Shown here piece after piece: positions 20,101 through 29,608 of a DNA stretch of 64,000 nucleotides (its first letter is position 1; each line of letters begins with the position of its first letter). The notes beneath the pieces are model-generated. The model saw only the letters and a list, made by a program, of their open reading frames with translations, did no database searches and was not told where the DNA came from. Source of the DNA: Nitrospinaceae bacterium (GTDB lineage: Bacteria > Nitrospinota > Nitrospinia > Nitrospinales > Nitrospinaceae); assembly GCA_965237905.1 (NCBI GenBank), contig OZ250172.1, forward strand, positions 2,080,001 through 2,144,000, written 5' to 3'. Made by a program: the position numbers and the translations under genes.

Positions 20101-23100
20101 TGGTGGTCGCTCACCATCACCCCGTTCAGAAAAACGTTGGGAACGTGTTTCTCCTCAATATCCAATTGAATCAGTTTCACCGTACCCGTCAGGTGCACCA
20201 GTTGATAACTGTACAGATCGTCCGCCTCCACGCTGAACAGGACATAGCGGTCGTTCGTCGGCGCAACGATCATCACCGGTGCTTTTTGCCCGGCGCGGAA
20301 GGTGTCCTTGTCGACGATGATCTCGAGGCCGCCGTGGCGGTATCCCAGTTCCGTCGTGGCGTTGTCGGCGACCCAGACGGTGGTTTCGCCTTTAACGGGC
20401 AGGGATTTCTTGTCCGTTTGGGAGGTCCAGGCGATGCGGTAATACCCCTGGTTGGCCGCCGTAAAGGTCAACGCCGCTTCGCCCTGGGCATCGGTTTTCA
20501 CGGTCCGTGTCAGGATGTCATCGTGCTGGTATCCCCTGAACTTGAGTTTCCAGCCGGGACCGCCGGGTTGTGTCGGCGGTGGGGGAAAGATGGCTTTATC
20601 CCGGCGCAATCGCTCGAGTGCTTTGCCCTGCACTTCCCTGCCATTGGGATCGAGCCAGATTTCGTACCAGACGTCGCGTGTGACGTGCACGGTGCCTTTC
20701 GTCTCAACCGGCTGGCTGTTGGCATCCAGCGCCTTGATGTTGACTTGCACCTTGTCCTGCGGACGGTACAGGTTGTGTTCGTTGTTGAGGTAGACGTAAT
20801 AGGGCTGGCGCGTCACCTGTACGGTTCCCCGGGAGATGACTTCGCGGCGTGACAGGTCGGTCACCCGCGCCTCAATGGTGTACTGCAAATCCTGATTCTG
20901 CCGCTGGCTCTGGAAGGTGAGATGGGCGTTGCCCTCCGCATCGGTTTTGATCACTTCACGTTTGATCTGCTGGCCCTGACCCCAATAGCGTTGGGAGCGG
21001 GAGAACATATCCTGGTAATACCAGGGAAACTTCGGCTGGGGATGCCAGCTATGATAAAACGGCCTTTGATAAACGACGACCTCGACATTAGCATTGGCCA
21101 CCGGACCGCCGAAATAATACTCGGCGTTGATGTCGACTTCCACCATATCGCCCAGCTGAAAGGTTTTCTTTTTGCCGTTCTCCTCCGGGGTCTGAACCGA
21201 TACTTTGAACTCCGGCAGTTTGTATTCTTCCAGCCGAAACAAGACCGCGTTGCCGATATGTTTTTTCCGTCCTTTCGTCCAGAAGGTGACGCGATATTCG
21301 CCCAATGGAGTTTTTTCTGAAAGCTTGAGAGCATCCCACGCGCTACCAAATTCGTTGAGCTTCAGTTTGCCTTTCTTGAGCTTGGAACCGCGCGGATCGG
21401 TGATTTCATATTCCAGCGTTGCATTGGAGGGCGTTTTATATACTGAGCCGTTGTAGGTGCGGGCGGTCAGTTTCCATTGTGGGGTCTCGTTGGGGCGATA
21501 GGCGGGCCGGTCGGTGGTCACATAAAGTTTCCAGGAAGCCTTCTGATGATAATATCTCTGGTTGTATCCGCTGACGAACGCCTGCTGGTCTTTGAGAGCC
21601 GCGCCCACAAACAATTCGGAATTGTTACGCTCGCCTTCCAGATTGAACACCGCGAGGCCGTCTTTGTTTGTTTTAGCCGTTTGATCGTCCCACACCCATT
21701 TGCGTCCGCTGTAGTGCCGCTCGTGCAGATGGATCCGGGCGTTGGCCAAAGGCGCTCCGTTCCGGGAATCGGCGAAATAAACCAACGCTCGTTTGCCGGA
21801 GGTTTTGAGGACCAGCGCCGACTCGGTGACCAGAACGATCTCCCGCGTTTTCTCGCCACCCCCGGTGGCCTCCAGGAGGTAGGCTCCCAGCGGCAGTTTC
21901 TTGTCGAGCTCCAAAACTTTCGACCCGGGATGATATTCTTTTTTGTTCTCGAGATCTTCGTGCCAGGATTTCACTTTTTTGACTTTGAACAGATTGATTC
22001 CGTACAGCCACGAGCTGACATTTTTTTTGTTGGGGAAATCGACATCCTTCGAAAGGTTTATCTTGTATAAAGACAAACGCACCTTGTCGATATTGCGCCA
22101 GTTCAGGTTGACCCGGATCAGTGAATCGGGCAGAAAGAAGCTGGAAGCGTTCAAATTGAGCGTGGCTTTGATAATATTTTTGACGTTGTTTCTGGCGCTG
22201 TCGTAGTGCCGGGTCTCGCCTTTTTTGAAATCGTTGAGGATGCGCCGAAAATACTTCAGGGCCTTCTTGTAGTTCTGTTCCCGGCGTTGTTGTCCGTTGG
22301 CCATAATGATGATTTCACCGGAGCCGGACAGCCATTCGGCGTAATAGTAAAGCGCGTCGTCGTACCATTCGCTGGACTTCCCCGATCCAATCACGGCTTC
22401 AAAAGATTCCGGAACGCGTTGCTGTTGATAGAGGTTGCCCTGACGCCTCAGGGCCATGGCGATCAGGTAATGGGCGTGGACACGGTCGGATTTCGTTTTT
22501 GCGATTTTAAGCGCGTTCTCTAAAAAATTAACGGGAATATAGTTTCCGTAGTACCCGTAATAAAAATAGCGTTCCCGGTTGGGCGGGGTAGCGGCGTTCC
22601 ATATGAGTTTGAGGTACCGTTGGCGGGCCAGGTCGATATCCGCCGCGCCACCCCACCAGTCCAGCGCTTTCTGGTAATGCGCCCACGCGGCGCTCCAGTT
22701 GCGGGAATTGCGCGGAAACCACCACGAGTCGCCCAAGGATTCCTGAATCTCCACCCAGAGGCGGTCCTGTTGCTCGGTTCGCACTTGATCGCGGATCATT
22801 TTCTGGAGTTTCCCCCGGGCCTGCTCCAGTTTGGAGCGGTCGGGATTGTTCGTGCCTGCCTGCGACCGCCACAGCGTATCCGCGACCCGGAAATCGACCC
22901 ATCGCTTGTCCGGTGGTGACAGATCGAGTTTCTGCGCCTTCAAGAACACTTCGTGAGCTTTGGCAAACGATCCTTTTTGGAAATACGACTCCCCCTGATT
23001 TTTGAGGAAACCATAGGCCCCTTCCTTGACCGTAGCCGCCGGAGCGTCGGACAATCCTGCTACCGATAGAAATAGGGAAATGAATATTAATTTGAGAAGA

Positions 23101-23132
23101 GCGGGTTTTCGGGAAGTCATAAGAATCTCCAA
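17136..23132 (-). CDS. Bacterial alpha-2-macroglobulin family protein with thioester motif
   Basis: 1998 aa; signal peptide, TDRPAYRP MG2 start, VRSDFRSTILW, YPYGCTEQT, FQHSDGGWGWW, RAETPGRFHALP. Confidence 0.93.
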   Translation of the reverse strand: MEILMTSRKPALLKLIFISLFLSVAGLSDAPAATVKEGAYGFLKNQGESYFQKGSFAKAHEVFLKAQKLDLSPPDKRWVDFRVADTLWRSQAGTNNPDRSKLEQARGKLQKMIRDQVRTEQQDRLWVEIQESLGDSWWFPRNSRNWSAAWAHYQKALDWWGGAADIDLARQRYLKLIWNAATPPNRERYFYYGYYGNYIPVNFLENALKIAKTKSDRVHAHYLIAMALRRQGNLYQQQRVPESFEAVIGSGKSSEWYDDALYYYAEWLSGSGEIIIMANGQQRREQNYKKALKYFRRILNDFKKGETRHYDSARNNVKNIIKATLNLNASSFFLPDSLIRVNLNWRNIDKVRLSLYKINLSKDVDFPNKKNVSSWLYGINLFKVKKVKSWHEDLENKKEYHPGSKVLELDKKLPLGAYLLEATGGGEKTREIVLVTESALVLKTSGKRALVYFADSRNGAPLANARIHLHERHYSGRKWVWDDQTAKTNKDGLAVFNLEGERNNSELFVGAALKDQQAFVSGYNQRYYHQKASWKLYVTTDRPAYRPNETPQWKLTARTYNGSVYKTPSNATLEYEITDPRGSKLKKGKLKLNEFGSAWDALKLSEKTPLGEYRVTFWTKGRKKHIGNAVLFRLEEYKLPEFKVSVQTPEENGKKKTFQLGDMVEVDINAEYYFGGPVANANVEVVVYQRPFYHSWHPQPKFPWYYQDMFSRSQRYWGQGQQIKREVIKTDAEGNAHLTFQSQRQNQDLQYTIEARVTDLSRREVISRGTVQVTRQPYYVYLNNEHNLYRPQDKVQVNIKALDANSQPVETKGTVHVTRDVWYEIWLDPNGREVQGKALERLRRDKAIFPPPPTQPGGPGWKLKFRGYQHDDILTRTVKTDAQGEAALTFTAANQGYYRIAWTSQTDKKSLPVKGETTVWVADNATTELGYRHGGLEIIVDKDTFRAGQKAPVMIVAPTNDRYVLFSVEADDLYSYQLVHLTGTVKLIQLDIEEKHVPNVFLNGVMVSDHQIFSDRKQVIVPPIKNFLNVSVKLDRDQYQPREEGTLTVTARNHKGKPVSTEVAVGLVDEAVYYIQKELAPDPRQFFYGQKRAQRIRLQSSFQMKRLAKLEKRKDGVLGGGFSGGKGDLGGAMDSSRGNYLYSARAKKSLSANAPMASSEVRAEESFADNKEGYSKREGGRQSPAPGQEEPAVQVRSDFRSTILWKPSIKTGKDGKATVKIQFADSLTQWRATARAVSRTNQFGIDTAKVRTQNPLIVRLQAPRFFVVGDHLTLSAIINNNTDNEMIVRPSLNAQGLNVLGHLDRSGKSVKGKIGPTKVPAHGERRVDWLVSVAQAGHAKIRVSAKSSKQGDAMEKSFIIHEHGIEKFLAASGKMRGSDVTVKLNIPKERKKDSTRVSVQVTPSLAVTMLDALPYLIDYPYGCTEQTLSRFLPAVIVTKTLMDQGLKPGSIRDKVFGGIETQHSGKTHPKGKKNIAELDAMTRSGLDRLYDFQHSDGGWGWWKKGESDHFMSAYVLWGLSLARQSGIGVDRNVLKRAYRFLNKELVEAEEQHDLQAWVLHALSVYHSTARLKRVDKFQSKAFGNLWKHKSRLNAYTRSLLALAAHHYGDKRRAKTLIENLENGVIVDKTPDTSIIQRGLKKSQQGVMATAHWGEDGIFYRWSNGGVEATAFALRALLTIDPKNKLVEPVMNWLIKNRRGANWSNTRDTAIVVLAMNQYLKTSGELKGGIEYELQVNGKTVTTQKVKDVLRAPSRFEIDSKRIKDGVNTIRLIRKSGEGPLYFAANAEFFSLEEPINAAGNEVFVRRQYYKLVGRPTLLKGYIYDKVPLNDGETVTSGERIETVLTIEAKNHYEYLIFEDLKPAGLEAVQIKSGETLYAQELKQSAVKRTLRDSQNSTLPGGKSSPTRSMRSIPIPVPPTPNSDYTGRNRWVYQELRDRKVALFIDKLPQGVWQIRYTLRAETPGRFHALPVLGHAMYIPEIRANRAEIRIQVSDNKEK

Positions 23133-23157
23133 TAAATCCGGTTACCGGTAAGTCCGG

Positions 23158-24036
23158 TTAACGGACAAAAGGGTTGACCGTGGATTCCACGGATGCCAGA
23201 TACGAACCTCCAAATAAGTTGAGATGATTGAGCAAGTGGTAGAGGTTGTATATTTGTTTTCTCTCCTCGTAACCGGGATTTTTGGGAAACGCTTCCCGGT
23301 AGGCGTCATAGAATGATTGGGGAAGGCGGCCAAACAGTTCCGTCATGGCCAGGTCGGTTTCGCGCAGGCCGAAGTGCACCGCCGGGTCCACCAGACAGGG
23401 GCGTCCCGCGCTGTCGGCGAAGGTGTTGCCCGACCACAAATCGCCGTGGACCAGCGCCGGTTGTTCGCCGGACAGATCGAGCCGTTGATCCAATTGATCG
23501 CAGAGTCGATCAATTTTTTTATCGGTAGCCACCGGGAGCAATCCCTTTTCCCGCGCCAGTTTCTGCTGGAAGCCCAGCCGGTGTTCGCGAAAAAATTCCA
23601 GGCCGTCCGTTGCCGGCGTATTGATTTGCTCGGTGGAGCCGATGAAGTTGTCGTGATCCAGTCCGTAGTGATCCTGCGTGGTGCGGTGCATGGACGCGAG
23701 GGCTTGTCCGAAGTGTTCGTAATAACCGTTGCCGGGGTTTCCTGCTTCGATGTATTCGATGACGAGAAATTGCGGATTCGGATCGTCGGGCAGGGCGACC
23801 ACTTTGGGAATGCGCGGACCGTTTTTCGCCTCGCGTAGCAGGTTCAATCCCCGCGCTTCTTTTTCAAACATGCCGTGGGGCGGGTGATCGTTATGCTTCA
23901 GAAAAACCGTCTCACCGTTGGAGAGGGTCAGGGCCAGCGTCTGGTTGATGCATCCCCCGCCGATGGACCGGCGGGACTCAATACGTACGGGTTGGGCGTA
24001 TACGGTTTCCAGCAGGTCTCGGACTTGGTTGTTCAT
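23158..24036 (-). CDS. Fructosamine kinase family protein
   Basis: IGGGCIN, DNFIG, PALVHGDLWSGN, DPAVHFGLRETDLAM, YNLYHLLNHLNLFG. Confidence 0.92.
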   Translation of the reverse strand: MNNQVRDLLETVYAQPVRIESRRSIGGGCINQTLALTLSNGETVFLKHNDHPPHGMFEKEARGLNLLREAKNGPRIPKVVALPDDPNPQFLVIEYIEAGNPGNGYYEHFGQALASMHRTTQDHYGLDHDNFIGSTEQINTPATDGLEFFREHRLGFQQKLAREKGLLPVATDKKIDRLCDQLDQRLDLSGEQPALVHGDLWSGNTFADSAGRPCLVDPAVHFGLRETDLAMTELFGRLPQSFYDAYREAFPKNPGYEERKQIYNLYHLLNHLNLFGGSYLASVESTVNPFVR

Positions 24037-24039
24037 GGA

Positions 24040-24531
24040 TTATTCCATTTGCGATCGGACGTATTCAAGAATCGGAGGGCAGGTCCGGTGCACGATTTGA
24101 AACACGTGTTCGAATCCGTCATCCCCTCCGTAATAAGGATCGGGTACATCCAGGTCGCCGTCGGCCTCCGGGTCAAAGGACCGGAACAATCGGATTTTTT
24201 TCGCGGCCATTTCCGGAGAACACAGGTATTCCATCGCTTCCAGATTCGACTGGTCCATGGCGAGAATGAGATCGAACCGGCGGATGTCCCCCGCCTGAAT
24301 CTGCTGGGCACGCGAGGTCAGTTGGACCCCTTTTTTACGGGCGGTGGCCTGCATACGGGCATCCGGCGAGGCACCGACGTGCCAGTTCCCGGTTCCCGCG
24401 GAATAGATAACTATTTGATTTTCAAGGCATTTTTCGTTTATTAAAGCCTGAAACACGCCCTCCGCCAAAGGTGAGCGGCAGATGTTTCCCAGGCAGACGA
24501 AGCAGATTTGAAAGGGTTTTGGAGCGGTCAT
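24040..24531 (-). CDS. Low-molecular-weight protein-tyrosine phosphatase
   Basis: VCLGNICRSP P-loop, SAGT, DVPDPYYG. Confidence 0.95.
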   Translation of the reverse strand: MTAPKPFQICFVCLGNICRSPLAEGVFQALINEKCLENQIVIYSAGTGNWHVGASPDARMQATARKKGVQLTSRAQQIQAGDIRRFDLILAMDQSNLEAMEYLCSPEMAAKKIRLFRSFDPEADGDLDVPDPYYGGDDGFEHVFQIVHRTCPPILEYVRSQME

Positions 24532-24711
24532 AGTATAAATTGATTTAGGAACGATTTCCGTTTAAGATTGCCCCTGCGTATTTGCTCAGGGTGGCCGGGA
24601 CCGGGTTTGCGTCGCCGGAATCGCTCTGGGTTTCACTTATTCTATGATACCGTCCTGCCCACTATCAACCTGCAATTTTGGGCTAAAATTCACCAAAAAA
24701 GAGACTGACCG

Positions 24712-26004
24712 TTGATCGAACGTTATACACTTCCCGAAATGGCGGCCATCTGGTCGCCGCAAAACAAGTTCCGCATCTGGCTGGATATTGAAGTCGCGGC
24801 CTGTGAAGCTCTGGCGAAGCGCAAGGAGATCCCCCAGTCGGCGGTGAACACTATCAAGAAGAAGGCCGGGTTCAATATCAAACGCATCGACGTCATCGAG
24901 AAAGAAGTGAAGCATGACGTGATCGCTTTTCTGACTTCGGTGGCGGAGCATGTGGGGGATGCCGCGCGGTACATGCATTTGGGGATGACGTCTTCCGATG
25001 TTCTGGATACCGCGCTGGCGGTGCAGTTGCAGGAAGCGGCGGACTTGATCCTGGACCAGTTGAAAAAATTCCGCGCGGTGTTGAAGAAGCAGGCCAAGCG
25101 GTACCAGAATACGCCGACCGTCGGGCGCTCGCACGGCATTCATGCCGAGCCGACCAGCTTCGGCCTGAAACTGGCTAACTGGTACGAAGAGGTGGGGCGC
25201 AACATTGAGCGGATGGAACAGGCGCGAAAGAGCATCAGCGTCGGGCAAATCTCCGGCGCGGTCGGGGTGTTCGCCAGTATCGATCCTGCGGTCGAAGCCT
25301 ATGTGTGTAAAAAACTGAAACTGAAACCCGCGCCGGTGTCCAGCCAGATCATTCAGCGGGATCGACACGCGGAGTATTTCACCACGCTGGCGATCATAGC
25401 GGGCACACTGGACAAATTCGCCGTGGAAATTCGTCACCTGCAACGCACGGAAGTTTTGGAAGCGGAGGAATTTTTCTCGAAAGGCCAGAAGGGGTCGTCG
25501 GCCATGCCGCACAAGCGCAATCCGGTGGTCTCAGAGCAGATGTCCGGTCTGGCGCGGCTGGTGCGGGGCAACGCTTTGGCGGCCATGGAGAACATGCCGC
25601 TGTGGCACGAGCGCGACATCAGCCATTCGTCGGTCGAGCGGGTGATCGGACCGGACAGCACCATCCTCGTCCATTACATGCTGACCAAGATGACGCGGCT
25701 GGTCGATCAGTTACTGGTCTATCCCAAAAATATGAAAAAGAATCTGGAACAGACCGGCGGCCTGATCTTTTCCGAGCATGTGCTGCTGGCGTTGACGCGT
25801 AAAGGCGTGGTGCGGGATCAGGCGTACCGCATGGTGCAACGCAACGCCATGCAGGTGTGGGAGCAGGGCGGGGATTTTCCGGCGTTGCTGAAACAGGACC
25901 AGGACATCAAACAGCATTTGAGCGACAAAGAAATCGACAAAGCGTTCGACATGAAAAACCATCTTAAAAACGTAAACAAAATCTTTAACCGGGTATTTAA
26001 ATAA
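24712..26004 (+). CDS. purB: Adenylosuccinate lyase
   Basis: MIERY start, HDVIAF, HLGMTSSD, GRSHGIHAEP, GSSAMPHKRNP. Confidence 0.97.
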   Translation: MIERYTLPEMAAIWSPQNKFRIWLDIEVAACEALAKRKEIPQSAVNTIKKKAGFNIKRIDVIEKEVKHDVIAFLTSVAEHVGDAARYMHLGMTSSDVLDTALAVQLQEAADLILDQLKKFRAVLKKQAKRYQNTPTVGRSHGIHAEPTSFGLKLANWYEEVGRNIERMEQARKSISVGQISGAVGVFASIDPAVEAYVCKKLKLKPAPVSSQIIQRDRHAEYFTTLAIIAGTLDKFAVEIRHLQRTEVLEAEEFFSKGQKGSSAMPHKRNPVVSEQMSGLARLVRGNALAAMENMPLWHERDISHSSVERVIGPDSTILVHYMLTKMTRLVDQLLVYPKNMKKNLEQTGGLIFSEHVLLALTRKGVVRDQAYRMVQRNAMQVWEQGGDFPALLKQDQDIKQHLSDKEIDKAFDMKNHLKNVNKIFNRVFK

Positions 26005-26729
26005 TGACTAAAGAAACCATGAAACGACAGGAACAGCTTTACGAAGGCAAAGCGAAGATCATCTATGCCACCGATGACCCGAATCTGGTGATCCAGTACT
26101 TCAAGGACGACGCCTCGGCGTTCAACGGCATCAAGAAGGGCACCATCGTGGACAAGGGCGTCATCAACAACCATGTCTCCACCACGATATTCAAATATCT
26201 GGAAGAGAAGGGTGTGCGTACCCACATGGTGGAGGAACTGAACGACCGCGAAATGCTGGTGAAGCGGCTGGAGATCATCCCGGTAGAAGTGGTGTTGCGC
26301 AACGTGGTGGCAGGAAGCCTGGCCAAGCGCATGGGCCTGGCGGAAGGCACGGCGATGAAGGCGCCGATCCTGGAGTTTTATTACAAGGACGACGATCTGG
26401 GCGATCCGATGATCAACGAGTACCACATTAAAGAATTCGGCCTCGCTACGGCAGAGGAAATTGAAATCCTGAGAAAACAGGGCTTCCTGATCAACGAGCT
26501 GTTGTTCGAGTTTTTCAAGCAGAGGAGCATCCGGCTGGTGGATTTCAAGCTGGAGTTCGGCCGTCACAAGGGCGAAGTGCTGTTGGGCGACGAGATCAGT
26601 CCGGACGGGTGCCGGTTCTGGCATTGGGAAACCGGTGAGAAGATGGACAAGGATCGCTTCCGGTTCAATCTGGGACAAGTGGAGGAGAAATACCAGGAAG
26701 TCTACCACCTCATCTGCGGTGATGCCTAA
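26004..26729 (+). CDS. purC: SAICAR synthetase
   Basis: LYEGKAK, IPVEVVLRN, LVDFKLEFG, DEISPD.CRFW, DKDRFR. Confidence 0.97.
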   Translation: MTKETMKRQEQLYEGKAKIIYATDDPNLVIQYFKDDASAFNGIKKGTIVDKGVINNHVSTTIFKYLEEKGVRTHMVEELNDREMLVKRLEIIPVEVVLRNVVAGSLAKRMGLAEGTAMKAPILEFYYKDDDLGDPMINEYHIKEFGLATAEEIEILRKQGFLINELLFEFFKQRSIRLVDFKLEFGRHKGEVLLGDEISPDGCRFWHWETGEKMDKDRFRFNLGQVEEKYQEVYHLICGDA

Positions 26730-26774
26730 GTTCCATCAACAATTCCCCAGTTTTATAATTCCTTGCAGGCGACT

Positions 26775-27446
26775 TTAATGAGTGGTGGCCCAGGGAAGCT
26801 GTTGGATCAGTGCCTCGAGCCTGGGACCTGCTTCGATTTGGCACGACTTTGGGTATGTGAAACGGTACTTCAGAAACCACTTCAAATCGTAAATAAAAAG
26901 TCGCAGTTCCGAGATATTGCCAGCCTCTCGATAGGAAAACGAGTTACCGTTCAGGATCGTGCCTTGAGCCGGGGTGGTGACAGAACCTACGACCTCCGAT
27001 TGCATTGAAGTATGAACTTGTTTAGTTACGGTTTTCGTTCGATCAAACTCATCGTTGAGCCACCCTTGGCTGACTGATGTGACTACGTCTCTTGGTGCTC
27101 CAATAAAGCTCATTCGGGGAGTTGGGTATACGTAAAAGGTCGCGATTATTTTACAGTTAGACCAATGATCGTTGTAGTTGAAGCCCACATCCAAGCCGGC
27201 TATGTCGAAAATCATGGCAGACGATCTCTGAAAGTTACCGTACACCTCGGAAAAATTCAAACCTGACGCTTCATGAAGGAGAGGCCCAGGGCGATTGAAG
27301 TTGATCGGCTGAGCGAGCGGTTGGGTGTCCGAATTGTGGTTGAGTTGATAGGTGTTTGGGCAACCAGATAGGAGAAGCGCACCTCCAAAAATCAGAAATA
27401 CTCTAAGGTGCTTAAGACAACCGTAAAGATTTTTACAAGTTTTCAT
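26775..27446 (-). CDS. Hypothetical lipoprotein
   Basis: Lipobox LSGC; visibly more AT-rich than neighbouring purBC. Confidence 0.65.
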   Translation of the reverse strand: MKTCKNLYGCLKHLRVFLIFGGALLLSGCPNTYQLNHNSDTQPLAQPINFNRPGPLLHEASGLNFSEVYGNFQRSSAMIFDIAGLDVGFNYNDHWSNCKIIATFYVYPTPRMSFIGAPRDVVTSVSQGWLNDEFDRTKTVTKQVHTSMQSEVVGSVTTPAQGTILNGNSFSYREAGNISELRLFIYDLKWFLKYRFTYPKSCQIEAGPRLEALIQQLPWATTH

Positions 27447-27475
27447 AACCCCCCCTCAGTGTCTATTTTATCGAG

Positions 27476-27657
27476 GTCACCCTTCGACAAGCTCAGGATG
27501 ACATAAAGGAGGGATCCCCCCGGCCCCCTTTACAAGGGGGAGCGAAATCAAAAACCACCCCTCACTTTAATCCGTCATCCTGTGGGTGCTCCCCATGCGG
27601 GGAGAGGATTTTTGATTTCCTCCGGGCGTGGCCCGGTTGGGTCCAGCGTCACGCTGG
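27476..27657. repeat. Mosaic REP-like intergenic repeat cluster
   Basis: Modules GTCACCCTTCGACAAGCTCAGGATGACA, ATCCCCCCGGCCCCCTTTACAAGGGGGAG, ACCACCCCTCAC...CTCCCCATGCGGGGAGAGG and CCAGCGTCACGCTGG; each recurs elsewhere in the window. Confidence 0.8.
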
Positions 27658-27927
27658 CTACAATTCCTTGCAGGTCACTTTGGTGGGTTGCATCATACCG
27701 CATTCCATGGATTCGGTCCGCCCATTCGCGGCGCCGGCGCAGGCAGTGCTGACGCCGTTTTGGATCATGTCGTTCTTATCCATTCCCTCGACATCCTGGC
27801 AAACTTCGATCCCGTTATAGGTGATGCACACGTTGCATTGGTGTGTACTGCCGGTCCAGATCAGCGAAATGGACAGGTAACCGATTACTCCCAGAAAGAC
27901 GATAGTCAGGACCGTGCCTTTTTTCAC
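27658..27927 (-). CDS. Small membrane-anchored protein with six Cys
   Basis: N-terminal TM then CNVC..C..C..C..C; AGGAGG RBS; start overlaps the orn stop. Confidence 0.75.
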   Translation of the reverse strand: MKKGTVLTIVFLGVIGYLSISLIWTGSTHQCNVCITYNGIEVCQDVEGMDKNDMIQNGVSTACAGAANGRTESMECGMMQPTKVTCKEL

Positions 27928-28520
27928 GATTCCTCCTGAGTCCCGGGATTCATTTCGGAGACTAATGAAGTGGGTTCGATGAAGAAATGATCCCGGTAAA
28001 AAATCAACTCTTCGATGGATTCCTGGATATCGATCAACGCTTTGTGTTCGTCGCTTTTTTTAGGAAGTTTGCGTCCACTGGGATACCAGCGCCGGATCAC
28101 CTCTTTGATGGAGGTGACGTCGACGTTCCGGTAATGCAGGTATTCACTCATCTTCGGCATGTATTTGTATAGAAACCGCCGGTCTTGCCCGACCGAGTTG
28201 CCGCACAAAGGCGCCGCTTTGTAGGGAACGTATTTTTTGATGAAATCGAGAGTGGCTTTCTCCGCTTCTTCGACGGTTATTTTGGAATCCTTGACTTTCT
28301 GAACCAGGCCCGAGGCGCTGTGAGTCCGCTGGTTCCATTCATCCATCCGGCTCAGGATTTCATCGTCCTGATGAATGACCAGGGAGGGTCCCTCTTCAAT
28401 GATATTCAAATGGCTGTCGGTAATGATGGTGGCAATTTCAATAATCACCTCGATATCCGGTTCCAGTCCGGTCATTTCGAGGTCCATCCATACCATGTTG
28501 TAGGAGTTCTGTTGACTCAT
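27924..28520 (-). CDS. orn: Oligoribonuclease
   Basis: VWMDLEMTGL, IIEIATIITD, PLCGNSV.QDRRFL, HYRNVDVTSIKE, HKALIDI.ESI.EL. Confidence 0.95.
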   Translation of the reverse strand: MSQQNSYNMVWMDLEMTGLEPDIEVIIEIATIITDSHLNIIEEGPSLVIHQDDEILSRMDEWNQRTHSASGLVQKVKDSKITVEEAEKATLDFIKKYVPYKAAPLCGNSVGQDRRFLYKYMPKMSEYLHYRNVDVTSIKEVIRRWYPSGRKLPKKSDEHKALIDIQESIEELIFYRDHFFIEPTSLVSEMNPGTQEES

Positions 28521-28571
28521 GTATTGTCCAATCTAGGGTCTCGCTCCGTTTATGGAGAATGGGCGACCCGG

Positions 28572-29486
28572 TTATTGCATCAGCGAAACCATGACCGCTT
28601 TCTGCAGGTGAAGTCTGTTTTCCGCTTGATCGAAGACGATAGACGCCGGACCGTCGATGACCGACGCGCTGACTTCCTCGCCGCGGTGCGCGGGCAGGCA
28701 ATGCATGAACACGGCTGACGGCTCGGCTGCTCGCATCATTTGTTCGTTAACGGTATAGCCGGACAAATCGTTCAGCCGTTTCTGTTGTTCTTTTTCCTGT
28801 CCCATACTGGTCCACACGTCGGTATACACGATATCCGCTCCGGCTACGCCTTCCTGAACATTTTCCGTTAAAACGACGTTCAGGTTTTTCGATTCGGCTT
28901 CTTCCCGGCTCATATCGAGCGCTTCCTTGGTGATCGTGTATCCCTTGGGACTCACCAGCGAAATGTGCAGGCCGAATTTGACGCAAGCGAACAAGAGGGA
29001 AACGGCGACGTTGTTGCTGTCTCCCGCATACGCCAGTTTGAGGCCTTCGAGTTTGCCGAATTTTTCCCGGATCGTCATCATATCCGCCAACGCCTGACAG
29101 GGATGATTGAAATCCGTGAGGCCATTGATGACGGGTACCGAAGAGTACTTGGCGAGGTCCAAGACATCGCTGTGGGAAAAGGTACGGATCATAATGCCAT
29201 CCAGAAACCGGGAGAGCACCTTGCCGGTATCGCTGATGGTTTCGCCCCGCGCCAACTGCATATCCTCCGGACCTAGGAACAAACCCATTCCGCCCAGTTG
29301 AAAAATGCCGACTTGGAAGGAAATCCGGGTGCGGGTGGACTTTTTATTGAAGATCATGCCCAGGGTTTTTCCCTTGAGCGCGCGATCGAACTCCTGCGGG
29401 GATTGTTTGATCCGGTCCGCCAGATCCAGCATGCCCGTCAACTCCGCCGAGGAAAAATCCGTTAATGCGATAAAATCTTTTTTCAT
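28572..29486 (-). CDS. argF: Ornithine carbamoyltransferase
   Basis: STRTR, HPCQ, YTDVWTSMG, HCLPAHRG, QAENR. Confidence 0.96.
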   Translation of the reverse strand: MKKDFIALTDFSSAELTGMLDLADRIKQSPQEFDRALKGKTLGMIFNKKSTRTRISFQVGIFQLGGMGLFLGPEDMQLARGETISDTGKVLSRFLDGIMIRTFSHSDVLDLAKYSSVPVINGLTDFNHPCQALADMMTIREKFGKLEGLKLAYAGDSNNVAVSLLFACVKFGLHISLVSPKGYTITKEALDMSREEAESKNLNVVLTENVQEGVAGADIVYTDVWTSMGQEKEQQKRLNDLSGYTVNEQMMRAAEPSAVFMHCLPAHRGEEVSASVIDGPASIVFDQAENRLHLQKAVMVSLMQ

Positions 29487-29608
29487 AGGTAAATTTGGGC
29501 CAAGAGGCCCGCCGAGGGATCGCTAAAAAAAGTTATTTTACACGATATAACCGTTCAGGACCATCCGTGAGAAGGAAAAACCAAGGAAATTTAGGGGTTT
29601 GCCAGCCT

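Noticed and set aside
19863..20852. Long antisense ORFs (also 24637-25512, 46171-47211, 48779-49732, 52344-53324, 57531-58445)
   Set aside because: Opposite well-supported genes; expected from GC-rich codon bias and lack motifs.
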